From Geopsychrobacteraceae bacterium (GTDB lineage: Bacteria > Desulfobacterota > Desulfuromonadia > Desulfuromonadales > Geopsychrobacteraceae): a DNA stretch of 32,000 bases. A program made the position numbers and the translations under genes. Positions within the stretch are counted from its first letter, which is position 1. Each line of letters starts with the position of its first letter. The notes below the pieces were generated by a model, which saw only the letters and a list, made by a program, of their open reading frames with translations, was not told the origin of the DNA and ran no database searches. The stretch lies in the NCBI GenBank assembly GCA_963677215.1, contig OY781919.1, positions 2,701,138-2,733,137 of the forward strand, in the 5' to 3' direction. Below are positions 19,473 to 28,153 of this stretch, piece by piece.

Positions 19473-19492
19473 GTTCATCCGCCATTTTTTCA
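19450..19492. terminator. Bidirectional terminator between convergent murB and aminotransferase genes
   Basis: GCGGATGAACTC (19452-19463) / GAGTTCATCCGC (19471-19482). T-tract ATTTTTT follows on +; AAAAAA at 19445-19451 gives the T-tract on the minus strand. The left arm and loop carry the last murB codons. Confidence 0.85.
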
Positions 19493-19509
19493 TAAAAACA
19501 ATCTATTGC

Positions 19510-20691
19510 TCAGAGTCCGACCTCTTTGGCCAGTTTCTCCCAGACCGGCAGGCTGCGTTCGATGATATCGTCATCGATACAGTAGGCGATGCGGAAGTAG
19601 CCGGGGGTACCGAAGCCGCTGCCAGGGACGAGCAGAATCCGGTTCTCCGTGGCTTTTTTGATGAATTCCATCTCGTCGGCCAGTGGTGATTTCGGGAAGA
19701 GATAGAAACCGCCACCCGGTTTGACAACCTCGAAGCCCAGTTCGGTCAGTTTGTTATAGAGCATGTCGCGTTTGCGACGATAGGGCTCAATCGGCACACT
19801 GTTGCGCTGCAGGCTGGTAACCAGCCGTTGCATCAGGGCCGGAGCGTTGACGAAGCCGAGTACCCGGTTGCAGAATATGGCTCCTTGCATGAACAGATTA
19901 ACGTCGCTCATCTGCGGGCTGGCGGCGATGTAGCCGATCCGCTCACCCGGCAGCGCCAGATCCTTGGAATGAGAGGTGACGATAACCGAGTTGGCGATGC
20001 AGTTGAAGATACAGGGGACCTCTTCACCAAAGCTGATCTTGGCGTAGGGTTCGTCGGAAATCGCCAGGATGGTAATGCCGAACTCCTGCTCCTTGGCTGC
20101 GAGCAGATCCCCCAGTTGTTTCAGGATCGCCTGCGGATAGATCACCCCGGTCGGGTTGTTTGGCGAGTTGATGATGATGCCGCGGGTTCGTTCGTTGATT
20201 GCCGAGGCGATCGCTTCCAGATCCGGCTGGAAGTTTTCGTCGGTGGTGACCTCGACCGGAATCCCCCCCTGGTTGTCGATGTAGAATTTGTATTCGACAA
20301 AGTAAGGGGTGAGGATAATCACCTCGTCCCCTGGGTTGAGCAGGGTTTTGAGGACGACATTGAGCGCGGCACCCGCGCCGCAGGTCATGACGATGTTGCT
20401 GCCCTTGACCGGCAGACCGCAATTCTCGGCAATGGCTTCAGCGACGGCGGCGCGTGTTTCGTCATAACCGGCGTTGTTCATATATCGATGCATGCCAGGA
20501 ATCGGTTGGTCAGCGATCCTTTTCAACTCCTGATGCAGAGCTTCAGGAGGTTCCATGGTCGGGTTTCCCAGGGTGAAATCGAAGACGTTTTCGGCGCCGT
20601 ACTGCTGACGCAGTGCGTTCCCTTCTTCAAACATCTTGCGAATCCAGGATGCATTCTCGATATGGCTTTTTATCTTGTTTGAAATCGGCAT
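19510..20691 (-). CDS. Pyridoxal-phosphate-dependent aminotransferase, class I/II (aspartate aminotransferase-like)
   Basis: 'FDFTLGNPTMEPPEAL', 'IIINSPNNPTGVIYP', 'ISDEPYAKI', PLP lysine region 'SHSKDLALPGERIGY', 'PGSGFGTPGYFRIAYC'. Confidence 0.92.
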   Translation of the reverse strand: MPISNKIKSHIENASWIRKMFEEGNALRQQYGAENVFDFTLGNPTMEPPEALHQELKRIADQPIPGMHRYMNNAGYDETRAAVAEAIAENCGLPVKGSNIVMTCGAGAALNVVLKTLLNPGDEVIILTPYFVEYKFYIDNQGGIPVEVTTDENFQPDLEAIASAINERTRGIIINSPNNPTGVIYPQAILKQLGDLLAAKEQEFGITILAISDEPYAKISFGEEVPCIFNCIANSVIVTSHSKDLALPGERIGYIAASPQMSDVNLFMQGAIFCNRVLGFVNAPALMQRLVTSLQRNSVPIEPYRRKRDMLYNKLTELGFEVVKPGGGFYLFPKSPLADEMEFIKKATENRILLVPGSGFGTPGYFRIAYCIDDDIIERSLPVWEKLAKEVGL

Positions 20692-20802
20692 TGCTCAGAT
20701 CCTTCATTCATAAATGAAATTGATTTGAAAAACTGCTGAAGTTTAGCCCTCTGTTCAATCTCGGTCAAGCACGCTTTGTCTGCCCGACACACTGTTACGA
20801 AA

Positions 20803-20831
20803 TTGATTTTTGTCATGCTTTGGGCTACAGT
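20803..20831 (+). promoter_or_regulatory. Candidate sigma70-type promoter for pheA-tyrA
   Basis: TTGATT, 17-bp spacer, TACAGT in the divergent intergenic region upstream of the ATG at 20872. Confidence 0.45.
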
Positions 20832-20871
20832 CCTGCACTCACATTCAATTCAAGACGAAAGCGAAAATGTT

Positions 20872-21981
20872 ATGAGCGAAGACAAGCTTAAAGGGTTGCG
20901 TGAGCAGATTGATCAGATCGACGACAGTATCCTCGATCTTCTCAATCGCAGGGCGAGTGTTGTGCTTGAGGTCGGTAAGGCCAAGCATGGCCGTTCCGAG
21001 CAGGCTTTTTATGTTCCCAGCCGGGAAAAGGCGATCTATGAGCGGCTGACAGCCCAGAACCCGGGCCCGTTTCCCAATGACGGTGTCTGCAAAGTCTTTC
21101 GTGAGATTATTTCGGCGTCGCTGAACATGGAAATGCCGATGAAGGTTGCATTCCTTGGCCCTCAGGGAACCTTTACCCATATGGCTGCAACCCAGCAGTT
21201 CGGCATGTCGGCCCAGCTGTTGCCGCTCAAAAGCATTCCCGCCGTGTTTGAAGATGTCGCCCGGGGCAGAAGCCATTACGGTGTGGTTCCGGTCGAGAAT
21301 TCGACCGAAGGGGTGGTCAACCATACTCTTGATATGTTTATCGATTCTGATCTGCAGGTGATCGCCGAGATCATGTTGGAGATTACCCATAATCTGGTTT
21401 CTCAGAGCACTGATATTGGCCGGATCCGTAAAATTGTCTCTCATCCTCAGGCCCTGGCTCAGTGCCGGCACTGGCTCGAAACCAACATGCCCGATACCCC
21501 GCAGCTTGATGTTTCCAGTACCGCTGCGGCAGCTCAGATGGCAGCCGAAGATGACGCAGTTGCTGCTATTGCCAGCACTGCGGCAGCTGATCAGTATGGC
21601 TTGCAGATTGTTAAGGCTCGCATCGAAGACAACGCAAATAACTACACCCGTTTTCTGGTGATCGGCAAAACGACCTCAAACAAGAGTGGTGCGGACAAGA
21701 CTTCGATCATGTTCAGTATCAAAGATGAGCCGGGGATTCTCTATCGTATGCTCGAGCCCTTCAGTGCCCGCCGGATCAATCTGTCCAAGATCGAAAGCCG
21801 GCCGATGAAACAGCGTGCCTGGGAATACATCTTCTTTCTCGATATGATCGGTCATGTCGATGACGCGGATATTTCAGCGGCCATCGAAGAGTTGCGGCCT
21901 CATTGTCACTTCCTCAAGGTCTTGGGCTCCTATCCGATCGCCAGAAAAGAGATCCGGGACGGGGGACGCACTGATGGATAA
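20872..21981 (+). CDS. pheA: Bifunctional chorismate mutase / prephenate dehydratase
   Basis: Chorismate mutase 'LREQIDQIDDSILDLLNRRASVVLEVGKAK', prephenate dehydratase 'VAFLGPQGTFTHMAATQQFG' and 'GVVPVENSTEGVVNHTLDMF', and an ACT domain 'KTSIMFSIKDEPGILYRMLEPFSARRINLSKIESRP'. Confidence 0.96.
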   Translation: MSEDKLKGLREQIDQIDDSILDLLNRRASVVLEVGKAKHGRSEQAFYVPSREKAIYERLTAQNPGPFPNDGVCKVFREIISASLNMEMPMKVAFLGPQGTFTHMAATQQFGMSAQLLPLKSIPAVFEDVARGRSHYGVVPVENSTEGVVNHTLDMFIDSDLQVIAEIMLEITHNLVSQSTDIGRIRKIVSHPQALAQCRHWLETNMPDTPQLDVSSTAAAAQMAAEDDAVAAIASTAAADQYGLQIVKARIEDNANNYTRFLVIGKTTSNKSGADKTSIMFSIKDEPGILYRMLEPFSARRINLSKIESRPMKQRAWEYIFFLDMIGHVDDADISAAIEELRPHCHFLKVLGSYPIARKEIRDGGRTDG

Positions 21982-22843
21982 TCAGCCCCTTATCCCGCAT
22001 CTGACGGTCATTGGTGTCGGGTTGATCGGTGGCTCGTTGAGCTTGGCGCTCAAGGCTGCCGGTGCGGTCGGGCGCGTCACCGGTTGTGGGCGCGGTAAAC
22101 CTAACCTGGAAAAGGCTCTGGAGCTTGGCGTAGTAGATGACTTTGATCAGGACCCTGTTGCTGCAGTCGCCGGAGCTAATGTTGTATTTCTGGCCACTCC
22201 GGTCAAGAGTATGGCTGAGGTCGTCAGGCAGATCCTGCCCGGGCTCAAGCCCGGGGCTATTATTACAGATGGTGGCAGCGTCAAGGAGGAGGTTGCTCAG
22301 CAGATTGAGCCTCTGTTGCCGGAAGGGATTCATTTCGTGCCTGGACACCCGATTTCCGGGACCGAAAAAAGTGGCGCTGATGCGGCCTTTGCAACCCTTT
22401 ATAAAAACAAGCGCTGTATCCTGACACCGACAGAGAAGACCGATGCTCAGGCTGTCGATCTGGTGACCGCAATGTGGCAACAGGCGGGCAGTCAGGTGAT
22501 CAGCATGTCGTTGAAAAAGCATGACAGGATTCTGGCTGCAATCAGTCACCTGCCACACATGGTTGCCTATGCTCTGGTCAATGCCGTCGGCTCCTATGAT
22601 CATTTCGAGGAAAATATTCTTGAATACTCAGCCGGCGGATTTCGTGATTTTACTCGAATTGCGTCGTCTGATCCGACCATGTGGCGGGATATCGCCGAGA
22701 CCAATCGTGATGCATTGCTTGAGATGATGGAGCAGTTCGAGATCTTTTTTGCCGAACTCAAAGCGGATATCGCCGCCGGGCAGGGGGAGAAATTGTTCGA
22801 GTTCTTCTTCCGATCCAAGCAGTTGCGCGACGCAATTCTATAG
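21974..22843 (+). CDS. tyrA: Prephenate dehydrogenase family protein
   Basis: 'LTVIGVGLIGGSLSLALKAAG', 'VFLATPVKSMAEVVRQILPGLKPGAIITDGGSVKEEV', 'FVPGHPISGTEKSGADAA', 'LPHMVAYALVNAV'. Overlaps the pheA end by 8 nt. Confidence 0.93.
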   Translation: MDNQPLIPHLTVIGVGLIGGSLSLALKAAGAVGRVTGCGRGKPNLEKALELGVVDDFDQDPVAAVAGANVVFLATPVKSMAEVVRQILPGLKPGAIITDGGSVKEEVAQQIEPLLPEGIHFVPGHPISGTEKSGADAAFATLYKNKRCILTPTEKTDAQAVDLVTAMWQQAGSQVISMSLKKHDRILAAISHLPHMVAYALVNAVGSYDHFEENILEYSAGGFRDFTRIASSDPTMWRDIAETNRDALLEMMEQFEIFFAELKADIAAGQGEKLFEFFFRSKQLRDAIL

Positions 22844-22862
22844 TTTTCAGTCGCAAATGGCT

Positions 22863-22960
22863 CTTTTTCGCTGTGGCGGCCTCAATCTGAGGAGTTGATT
22901 GTGCGGCGTAAATCACTACGCCTTCGCACAACCTCTCAGATTTCCTGGTCACGGAAAAAA
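22863..22960. repeat. ~98-nt imperfect palindrome (structured RNA or REP/MITE-like element candidate)
   Basis: Nested arms: AATCTGAG (22884-22891)/CTCAGATT (22935-22942); TTGTGCG (22899-22905)/CGCACAA (22925-22931); GCGTA (22906-22910)/TACGC (22917-22921); outer TTTTTC...CTGTGGC / GTCACGG...AAAAAA pairing with G-U wobbles. Confidence 0.6.
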
Positions 22961-23031
22961 TTGCTCGTATCCAAGCTGAAAACTAACAGGCTCTACTCGT
23001 AAGTTTAACTATTAAGATAAAGAGGAATAAT

Positions 23032-24330
23032 ATGCACCCAAGTCAGACAAGACGTGTTGTCCCGGCCCCCGGCCTGCGTGGTGAGGTCGCGGTTCCTGGA
23101 GATAAGTCGATCTCGCATCGTTCGATCATGTTTGCTTCGTTGGCCGAAGGGGCGACCCGGGTCAGCGGTCTGCTGCGTGGTGAGGATTGCCTGTCGACGC
23201 TCAAGGCCTTTCAGCAGCTTGGTATTCAAGTCGAGGACAAAAGTGCTGATGAACTAGTTATCCACGGGCGTGGTCTGGCCGGGCTGCAGGAGGCCGGTGA
23301 TGTGATCGATTGTGGCAACTCGGGAACGACCATGCGTCTGATGAGTGGAATTCTCGCCGCTCAGCCGTTCTTTTCGGTGCTGACCGGGGATCAGTATCTG
23401 CGTAAGCGGCCGATGGCACGTATTATCAAACCGCTCGGGACCATGGGGGCGAAGATTCTTGGGCGCGAGCAGAATACCAAGGCTCCGCTGGCTATTATTG
23501 GCGGCAACCTGACGCCAACCACCTATGAGTCGCCGATCTCTAGCGCCCAGGTGAAATCTGCGGTGCTGCTGGCCGGCATGCAGATCGAAGGCGAGACGAC
23601 CGTGACCGAACCTTTTCTCTCCCGTGACCACAGCGAGAGGATGCTGCGCTACTTCGGCGCCGAGATTGAATCCTTTGACGGCGGTGCCCGAGTCAAGGGG
23701 CGGGTTCAGCTTCAGGGACGCGATGTCAGTGTGCCGGGCGATATCTCTTCGGCAGCCTTTTATCTGGTTGCCGGCCTGATCGTGCCGAATGCCGAGCTGT
23801 TGTTGCTCAACGTCGGGGTCAATCCGACCCGCAGCGGGATCATCGATATCCTGCAGCAGATGGGTGGCCAGATCGAACTCTGTAATCCACGCGAGGTTTC
23901 CGGTGAGCCGGTTGCCGATCTGCTGGTCAAAAGCAGTCAGCTCAAGGGGATCGATATCGCCGGAGAACTGATTCCCCGGGCGATCGATGAAATGCCGGTC
24001 GTCAGCGTCGCAGCTGTCTTTGCCGAAGGGGTGACGACCATCCGCGAGGCGGAGGAGTTGAGAGTCAAGGAGACTGATCGCATCGCTGCCATGTGTGACG
24101 TTCTTGGTAAACTCGGTGCTCAGATCGAACCCCGTGACGACGGTATGATCATCACCGGGACCGGGCATTTGAACGGTGGCGAGGTCGATTCATTCGGCGA
24201 TCATCGGATTGCCATGAGTATGGCTGTTGCGGCGCTGGCAGCTGAAGCTGAGATCGAGATCAGTGATACCGCCTGCACCGAGACTTCCTTTCCCGGCTTC
24301 TGGGAACTACTTGATTCGATTCGGGGTTGA
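23032..24330 (+). CDS. aroA: 3-phosphoshikimate 1-carboxyvinyltransferase (EPSP synthase)
   Basis: 'VAVPGDKSISHRSIMFASLAEG', 'GNSGTTMRLMSGILAAQPF', 'RGRDVSVPGDISSAAFYLVAGLI', 'LRVKETDRIAAM', 'FGDHRIAMSMAVAALAA'. Confidence 0.97.
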   Translation: MHPSQTRRVVPAPGLRGEVAVPGDKSISHRSIMFASLAEGATRVSGLLRGEDCLSTLKAFQQLGIQVEDKSADELVIHGRGLAGLQEAGDVIDCGNSGTTMRLMSGILAAQPFFSVLTGDQYLRKRPMARIIKPLGTMGAKILGREQNTKAPLAIIGGNLTPTTYESPISSAQVKSAVLLAGMQIEGETTVTEPFLSRDHSERMLRYFGAEIESFDGGARVKGRVQLQGRDVSVPGDISSAAFYLVAGLIVPNAELLLLNVGVNPTRSGIIDILQQMGGQIELCNPREVSGEPVADLLVKSSQLKGIDIAGELIPRAIDEMPVVSVAAVFAEGVTTIREAEELRVKETDRIAAMCDVLGKLGAQIEPRDDGMIITGTGHLNGGEVDSFGDHRIAMSMAVAALAAEAEIEISDTACTETSFPGFWELLDSIRG

Positions 24331-24332
24331 TC

Positions 24333-25010
24333 GTGAAGAAGCGTCTGATTGTCGCCATCGACGGTCCTTCCGGAGCTGGTAAAAGCACTCTGAGCAAGGC
24401 CTTGGCCAAGGAGCTGGGCTATATCAATCTCGATACCGGAGCAATGTACCGTTCTGTCGCCCTGCAGGCAAAACTTGCCGGGATCGATGTCGCCGATCAG
24501 GGCGAGTTGGGCGCTCTGGCTCGCGCGATGACAATCTCATTCGTAAAAGACGGCAGTAGAGAACGTGTTCTGGTCAACGGGGAGGATGTCAGCGATGCGA
24601 TCCGCACCCCAGAGGTCAGCCTGCTGACCGCCAGGGTCGCCGCCTGCCCCCAGGTCCGCGAGGCGATGGTTGCTCAGCAGCGGCGTATGGGCGGACAGGG
24701 CGGTGTTGTTCTAGAAGGACGCGACATCGGCACTGTTGTCTTTCCACAGGCTGAAGTGAAGTTCTTTCTTTCGGCTTCAGCCGCCGAGCGGGGGCGCCGC
24801 CGCTATGAGGAACTCAAGACCAAAGGGGAGAATGTCGATCTGGCCCGGACCATAGCCGAGGTCGAAGCCCGCGACGCAGCTGATTCAGCCCGTGAACATT
24901 CGCCATTGCTTCAGGCCGAAGATGCCATTGTTATCGATTCAACCCGCCTGACGATCGCTGAGGTCCTGGACACCATGTTGAGGGCGATCAGGGCCCACGA
25001 AGAAGAATAA
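24333..25010 (+). CDS. cmk: Cytidylate kinase (GTG start assumed)
   Basis: 'VAIDGPSGAGKSTLSKALAKELGYINLDTGAMYRSVAL', 'GGVVLEGRDIGTVVFPQAEVKFFLSASAAERGRRR'. Confidence 0.95.
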   Translation: MKKRLIVAIDGPSGAGKSTLSKALAKELGYINLDTGAMYRSVALQAKLAGIDVADQGELGALARAMTISFVKDGSRERVLVNGEDVSDAIRTPEVSLLTARVAACPQVREAMVAQQRRMGGQGGVVLEGRDIGTVVFPQAEVKFFLSASAAERGRRRYEELKTKGENVDLARTIAEVEARDAADSAREHSPLLQAEDAIVIDSTRLTIAEVLDTMLRAIRAHEEE

Positions 25011-25029
25011 CTCCCTGAAAAATATTGTT

Positions 25030-25058
25030 TTGTTTTTTCCCGGAGGCTGTGCTATCTT
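25030..25058 (+). promoter_or_regulatory. Candidate sigma70-type promoter for rpsA
   Basis: TTGTTT (25030-25035), 17-bp spacer, TATCTT (25053-25058), about 65 nt upstream of the rpsA ATG. Confidence 0.5.
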
Positions 25059-25122
25059 GCGCGTCTCTACGCGAGTCCGCCGCCGTCAGGCGCCGGGAAA
25101 TTCTTAAGGGGGTATCATCCCA

Positions 25123-26841
25123 ATGGTTGAAGAGAAAGACATGTACGACGAAAACGAAATGGAACTATTTGATGGCGAGGAGAGCTTTGAGGAGCTTCTC
25201 AAGGATTACGAGCAGGGCGGTTTCGAACTGAAGCGTAATGACGTCGTCGAAGGCACAATTGTCCAGGTTAATCCTGATTCGGTTGTTGTCGATGTCGGTT
25301 ACAAATCGGAAGGTGTCATTCCGATTCGTGAGTTCGCCGACGAAAACGGTGAAATCAACGTCAAGGTCGGTGACGTCTACGACGTCCTGTTCGGTGGCGG
25401 TGAAAGCGATAGCGGTCTGATCGTCCTGTCCAAGGAAAAAGCAGATCGTCAGAAAATCTGGAACTCTCTGGAAGAGGGTGCGGTCGTTGAAGGTCGTATC
25501 GTCAGCCGGATTAAAGGTGGCCTGTCAGTTGATATCGGCGTTAACGCCTTCCTGCCTGGTTCCCAGGTTGACCTGCGTCCGGTCCGTAACCTGGACAAGG
25601 TCATTGGCCAGTCTTTCGATTTCAAGATCATCAAGCTCAACAAGCGTCGTGGCAACATCGTTCTGTCCCGTCGTGTTCTGCTCGAAAAAGAGCGTGAGTC
25701 CCAGCGCGGTGAGACCCTCAAGACCCTGGAAGAAAATCAGGTTGTTGAAGGTGTCGTCAAGAACCTGACCGATTACGGCGCATTTATCGACCTCGGTGGT
25801 ATCGACGGCCTGCTCCACATCACCGACATGTCCTGGGGGCGCGTCAAGCACCCATCCGACATCCTGGCTGTTGGCGACAAGATCAACGTCAAGGTTCTCA
25901 AGTTCGACAAGGATAAAGAACGCGTTTCCTTGGGTCTCAAGCAGATCGCTCCTGATCCATGGCTCGACGTCACCGCCAAGTACCCGATCGGTGCCAAGGT
26001 TGTCGGCAAGGTTGTCAGCCTGACCGATTACGGCGCATTCATCGAGCTGGAAGAGGGTGTCGAAGGCCTGATCCACGTTTCCGAAATGAGCTGGACCAAG
26101 CGCGTTAAGCATCCGAACAAGGTTCTCAATATCGGCGATGATATAGAGTCTGTTGTTCTGGCTCTCGACTCCGAAAACCGTCGTATCTCCCTGGGCCTCA
26201 AGCAGATCGAGCCTAACCCATGGGACATCATCGGCGAGAAATTCCCGATCGGTACTATCATCGAAGGTCAGGTCAAGAACATCACTGACTTCGGTATCTT
26301 CGTTGGTGTTGACGAAGGGATTGACGGTCTGGTTCACATCTCCGACCTGTCCTGGACCAAGCGCATCAAGCATCCTTCCGAAGTTTACAAGAAGGGTGAC
26401 CTGGTCAAGGCCGTTGTCCTGAACATCGACCGTGAGAACGAGCGTTTCTCTCTCGGCCTCAAGCAGCTGAACCTGGATCCATGGGAGACTGTGCCAGTTC
26501 GTTATACCCGTGGTACCATCGTCAGCGGTAACGTCACTTCGGTCACCGATTTCGGTATCTTCATTGAGCTGGAAGAGGGAATTGAAGGTCTGATCCACGT
26601 TTCCGAACTGAGCAAAGAAAAAATCGACAGCCCGAAAGATTTCGCCAAGGTTGGTGACACTCTGGAAGCTGCCGTTCTTCAGGTTGACACCGTTGATCGC
26701 AAGATCGCTCTGTCCGTCAAGAACCTCGACGAGCAGAAAGAAAAAGCTGAAGTCAACGAATTCATGGGCGCTGGCAAGAATGCAACGTCCAACCTGGGCG
26801 ATCTGCTGAAAGGCGCGCTCGACAGCAAGTCTGAAGATTAA
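25123..26841 (+). CDS. rpsA: 30S ribosomal protein S1 (six S1 repeats)
   Basis: Repeated S1/OB motifs such as 'VEGVVKNLTDYGAFIDLGGIDGLLHITDMSWGRVKHPSDIL' and 'VVGKVVSLTDYGAFIELEEGVEGLIHVSEMSWTKRVKHPNKVL'. Confidence 0.97.
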   Translation: MVEEKDMYDENEMELFDGEESFEELLKDYEQGGFELKRNDVVEGTIVQVNPDSVVVDVGYKSEGVIPIREFADENGEINVKVGDVYDVLFGGGESDSGLIVLSKEKADRQKIWNSLEEGAVVEGRIVSRIKGGLSVDIGVNAFLPGSQVDLRPVRNLDKVIGQSFDFKIIKLNKRRGNIVLSRRVLLEKERESQRGETLKTLEENQVVEGVVKNLTDYGAFIDLGGIDGLLHITDMSWGRVKHPSDILAVGDKINVKVLKFDKDKERVSLGLKQIAPDPWLDVTAKYPIGAKVVGKVVSLTDYGAFIELEEGVEGLIHVSEMSWTKRVKHPNKVLNIGDDIESVVLALDSENRRISLGLKQIEPNPWDIIGEKFPIGTIIEGQVKNITDFGIFVGVDEGIDGLVHISDLSWTKRIKHPSEVYKKGDLVKAVVLNIDRENERFSLGLKQLNLDPWETVPVRYTRGTIVSGNVTSVTDFGIFIELEEGIEGLIHVSELSKEKIDSPKDFAKVGDTLEAAVLQVDTVDRKIALSVKNLDEQKEKAEVNEFMGAGKNATSNLGDLLKGALDSKSED

Positions 26842-26860
26842 GCTGCAATGCATATCCACC

Positions 26861-26886
26861 AGGACCCCGGTTTTTATCGGGGTCCT
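26861..26886 (+). other. Stem-loop in rpsA-sppA intergenic region
   Basis: AGGACCCCG (26861-26869)/CGGGGTCCT (26878-26886) with an 8-nt U-rich loop and no downstream T-tract, 14 nt before the sppA ATG. Confidence 0.65.
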
Positions 26887-26900
26887 GATCAATTGTTGAG

Positions 26901-27785
26901 ATGAAAAAACGACCTTTTTTAATGGCGGCCTGCGCCGTTGGCGGCGTTTTTGTTTTTTTTCTGCTGGTCATCCTGGCCGCAGGACTACTTCGCCAAGGCA
27001 GCTTTCATGTACCTGTTGGTGCCAGAATCGGCATTATCAAAGTTCGTGGAACTATTACCGACTCGGGGCTCCTGCTCCAGCAGATTGACCAATTCAGAAA
27101 ACAGAATACTGTCAAGGCTGTCATCTTACGTGTCGATTCTCCCGGTGGCGGGGTAGGTCCCTCGCAGGAGATATACGAGGAGCTTAAGCGTCTGGCTGCC
27201 GAAAAGCCCCTTATTGTTTCGATGGGGTCGGTTGCTGCATCGGGTGGCTATTACATCGCTGTAGCCGCACAACGTATCTTCGCAAATCCCGGAACGATCA
27301 CCGGCAGTATTGGCGTCATCATGTCTTTCCCTGATTATCAGGAATTGATGGGTAAGGTCGGTGTTAAAACGGAAGTCGTCAAGAGCGGACGTTTCAAGGA
27401 TGTCGGCTCGTCAACCCGTGATTTTACCGTTGAAGATCGTGCTTTGCTGCAAGGCTTGATCGACGATGTTCATCTGCAGTTTATCGAAGCAGTGAGTGCC
27501 GGGCGCAATATTCCGGTCGAGCAATTGATACCGCTTGTTGACGGGCGTATCTTTACCGGACGCCAGGCTCTGGAAAAGGGGCTGATTGATGAATTGGGCT
27601 CACTGCCGGATGCTGTGCGTTACGCAGCTCAGCTAGTCGGTGCCGGTGATGATCCGGAACTGTTGTATCCGGATGAGCAACCCGCCGGGCTGTGGGAACG
27701 TTATCTGAATTCTGCGGTAACACGGCTTGGTTTTGACCTGAATCTGAATTCTCCGGTGGGCCCTCAGTTTATCTGGAGCCGATAA
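26901..27785 (+). CDS. sppA: Signal peptide peptidase SppA (short form)
   Basis: N-terminal TM; 'IGIIKVRGTI', 'VILRVDSPGGGVGPSQEIYEELKRL', 'KPLIVSMGSVAASGGYYIAVAAQRIFANPGTITGSIGVIM'. Confidence 0.95.
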   Translation: MKKRPFLMAACAVGGVFVFFLLVILAAGLLRQGSFHVPVGARIGIIKVRGTITDSGLLLQQIDQFRKQNTVKAVILRVDSPGGGVGPSQEIYEELKRLAAEKPLIVSMGSVAASGGYYIAVAAQRIFANPGTITGSIGVIMSFPDYQELMGKVGVKTEVVKSGRFKDVGSSTRDFTVEDRALLQGLIDDVHLQFIEAVSAGRNIPVEQLIPLVDGRIFTGRQALEKGLIDELGSLPDAVRYAAQLVGAGDDPELLYPDEQPAGLWERYLNSAVTRLGFDLNLNSPVGPQFIWSR

Positions 27786-27831
27786 GTCCGATTTGATGGA
27801 ATAACTTTTTTGAGAAACATGGATGGGAATA

Positions 27832-28110
27832 ATGACTAAAAGCGAATTGATTGAAAAACTTTCTGATGGTCATGATCTTCTGAACAAGAAGGAAGCAGAA
27901 ACGGTCGTTAATCTGATTTTTGGTGGTATTGAGCAGGCCCTTTCCACGGGCGATCGTGTCGAAATTCGTGGTTTTGGTTCCTTCTCGGTCAGGGAGCGGG
28001 AAGCGCGGGAAGCTCGTAACCCCAAAAGTGGCGAACTGGTCAAGATTCCCTGCAGGAAGACTCCTTTTTTCAAGACGGGCAAGGAGTTGCGCGAGAGGGT
28101 TGACGAGTAG
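27832..28110 (+). CDS. ihfB: Integration host factor beta-type subunit (HU/IHF family)
   Basis: 'MTKSELIEKLSDGHDLLNKKEAETVVNLIFGGIEQALSTGDRVEIRGFGSFSVREREAREARNPKSGELVKIPCRKTPFFKTGKELRERV'. ATG 27832. Confidence 0.9.
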   Translation: MTKSELIEKLSDGHDLLNKKEAETVVNLIFGGIEQALSTGDRVEIRGFGSFSVREREAREARNPKSGELVKIPCRKTPFFKTGKELRERVDE

Positions 28111-28122
28111 AGTAAGGATATG

Positions 28123-28153
28123 AAAAAGGCCCTGTGAATCAGGGCCTTTTTTG
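28123..28153 (+). terminator. Intrinsic terminator after ihfB
   Basis: AAAAAGGCCCTG-TGAAT-CAGGGCCTTTTTT. Confidence 0.9.

Noticed and set aside
20776-20871. Extended N-terminus of pheA (MSARHTVTKLIFVMLW...) considered as a leader peptide or attenuator
   Set aside because: It is in frame with pheA, has no Phe/Tyr-rich run, no stop codon and no following terminator hairpin. The conserved chorismate mutase sequence fits a start at 20872.
23254-24168. 304-aa minus-strand ORF antisense to aroA
   Set aside because: Shadow ORF over a confident aroA gene with no recognisable domain.
25238-26261. Near-repeated DNA blocks within rpsA considered as a tandem repeat element
   Set aside because: The similarity is the expected duplication of S1/OB domains at the protein level, not a nucleotide repeat element.
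25525-26892. 455-aa minus-strand ORF antisense to rpsA
   Set aside because: Its internal repeats ('NTNEDTEVSDV', 'NVDQAF.TLFQL') merely mirror the repeated S1 domains on the sense strand; no evidence of coding.
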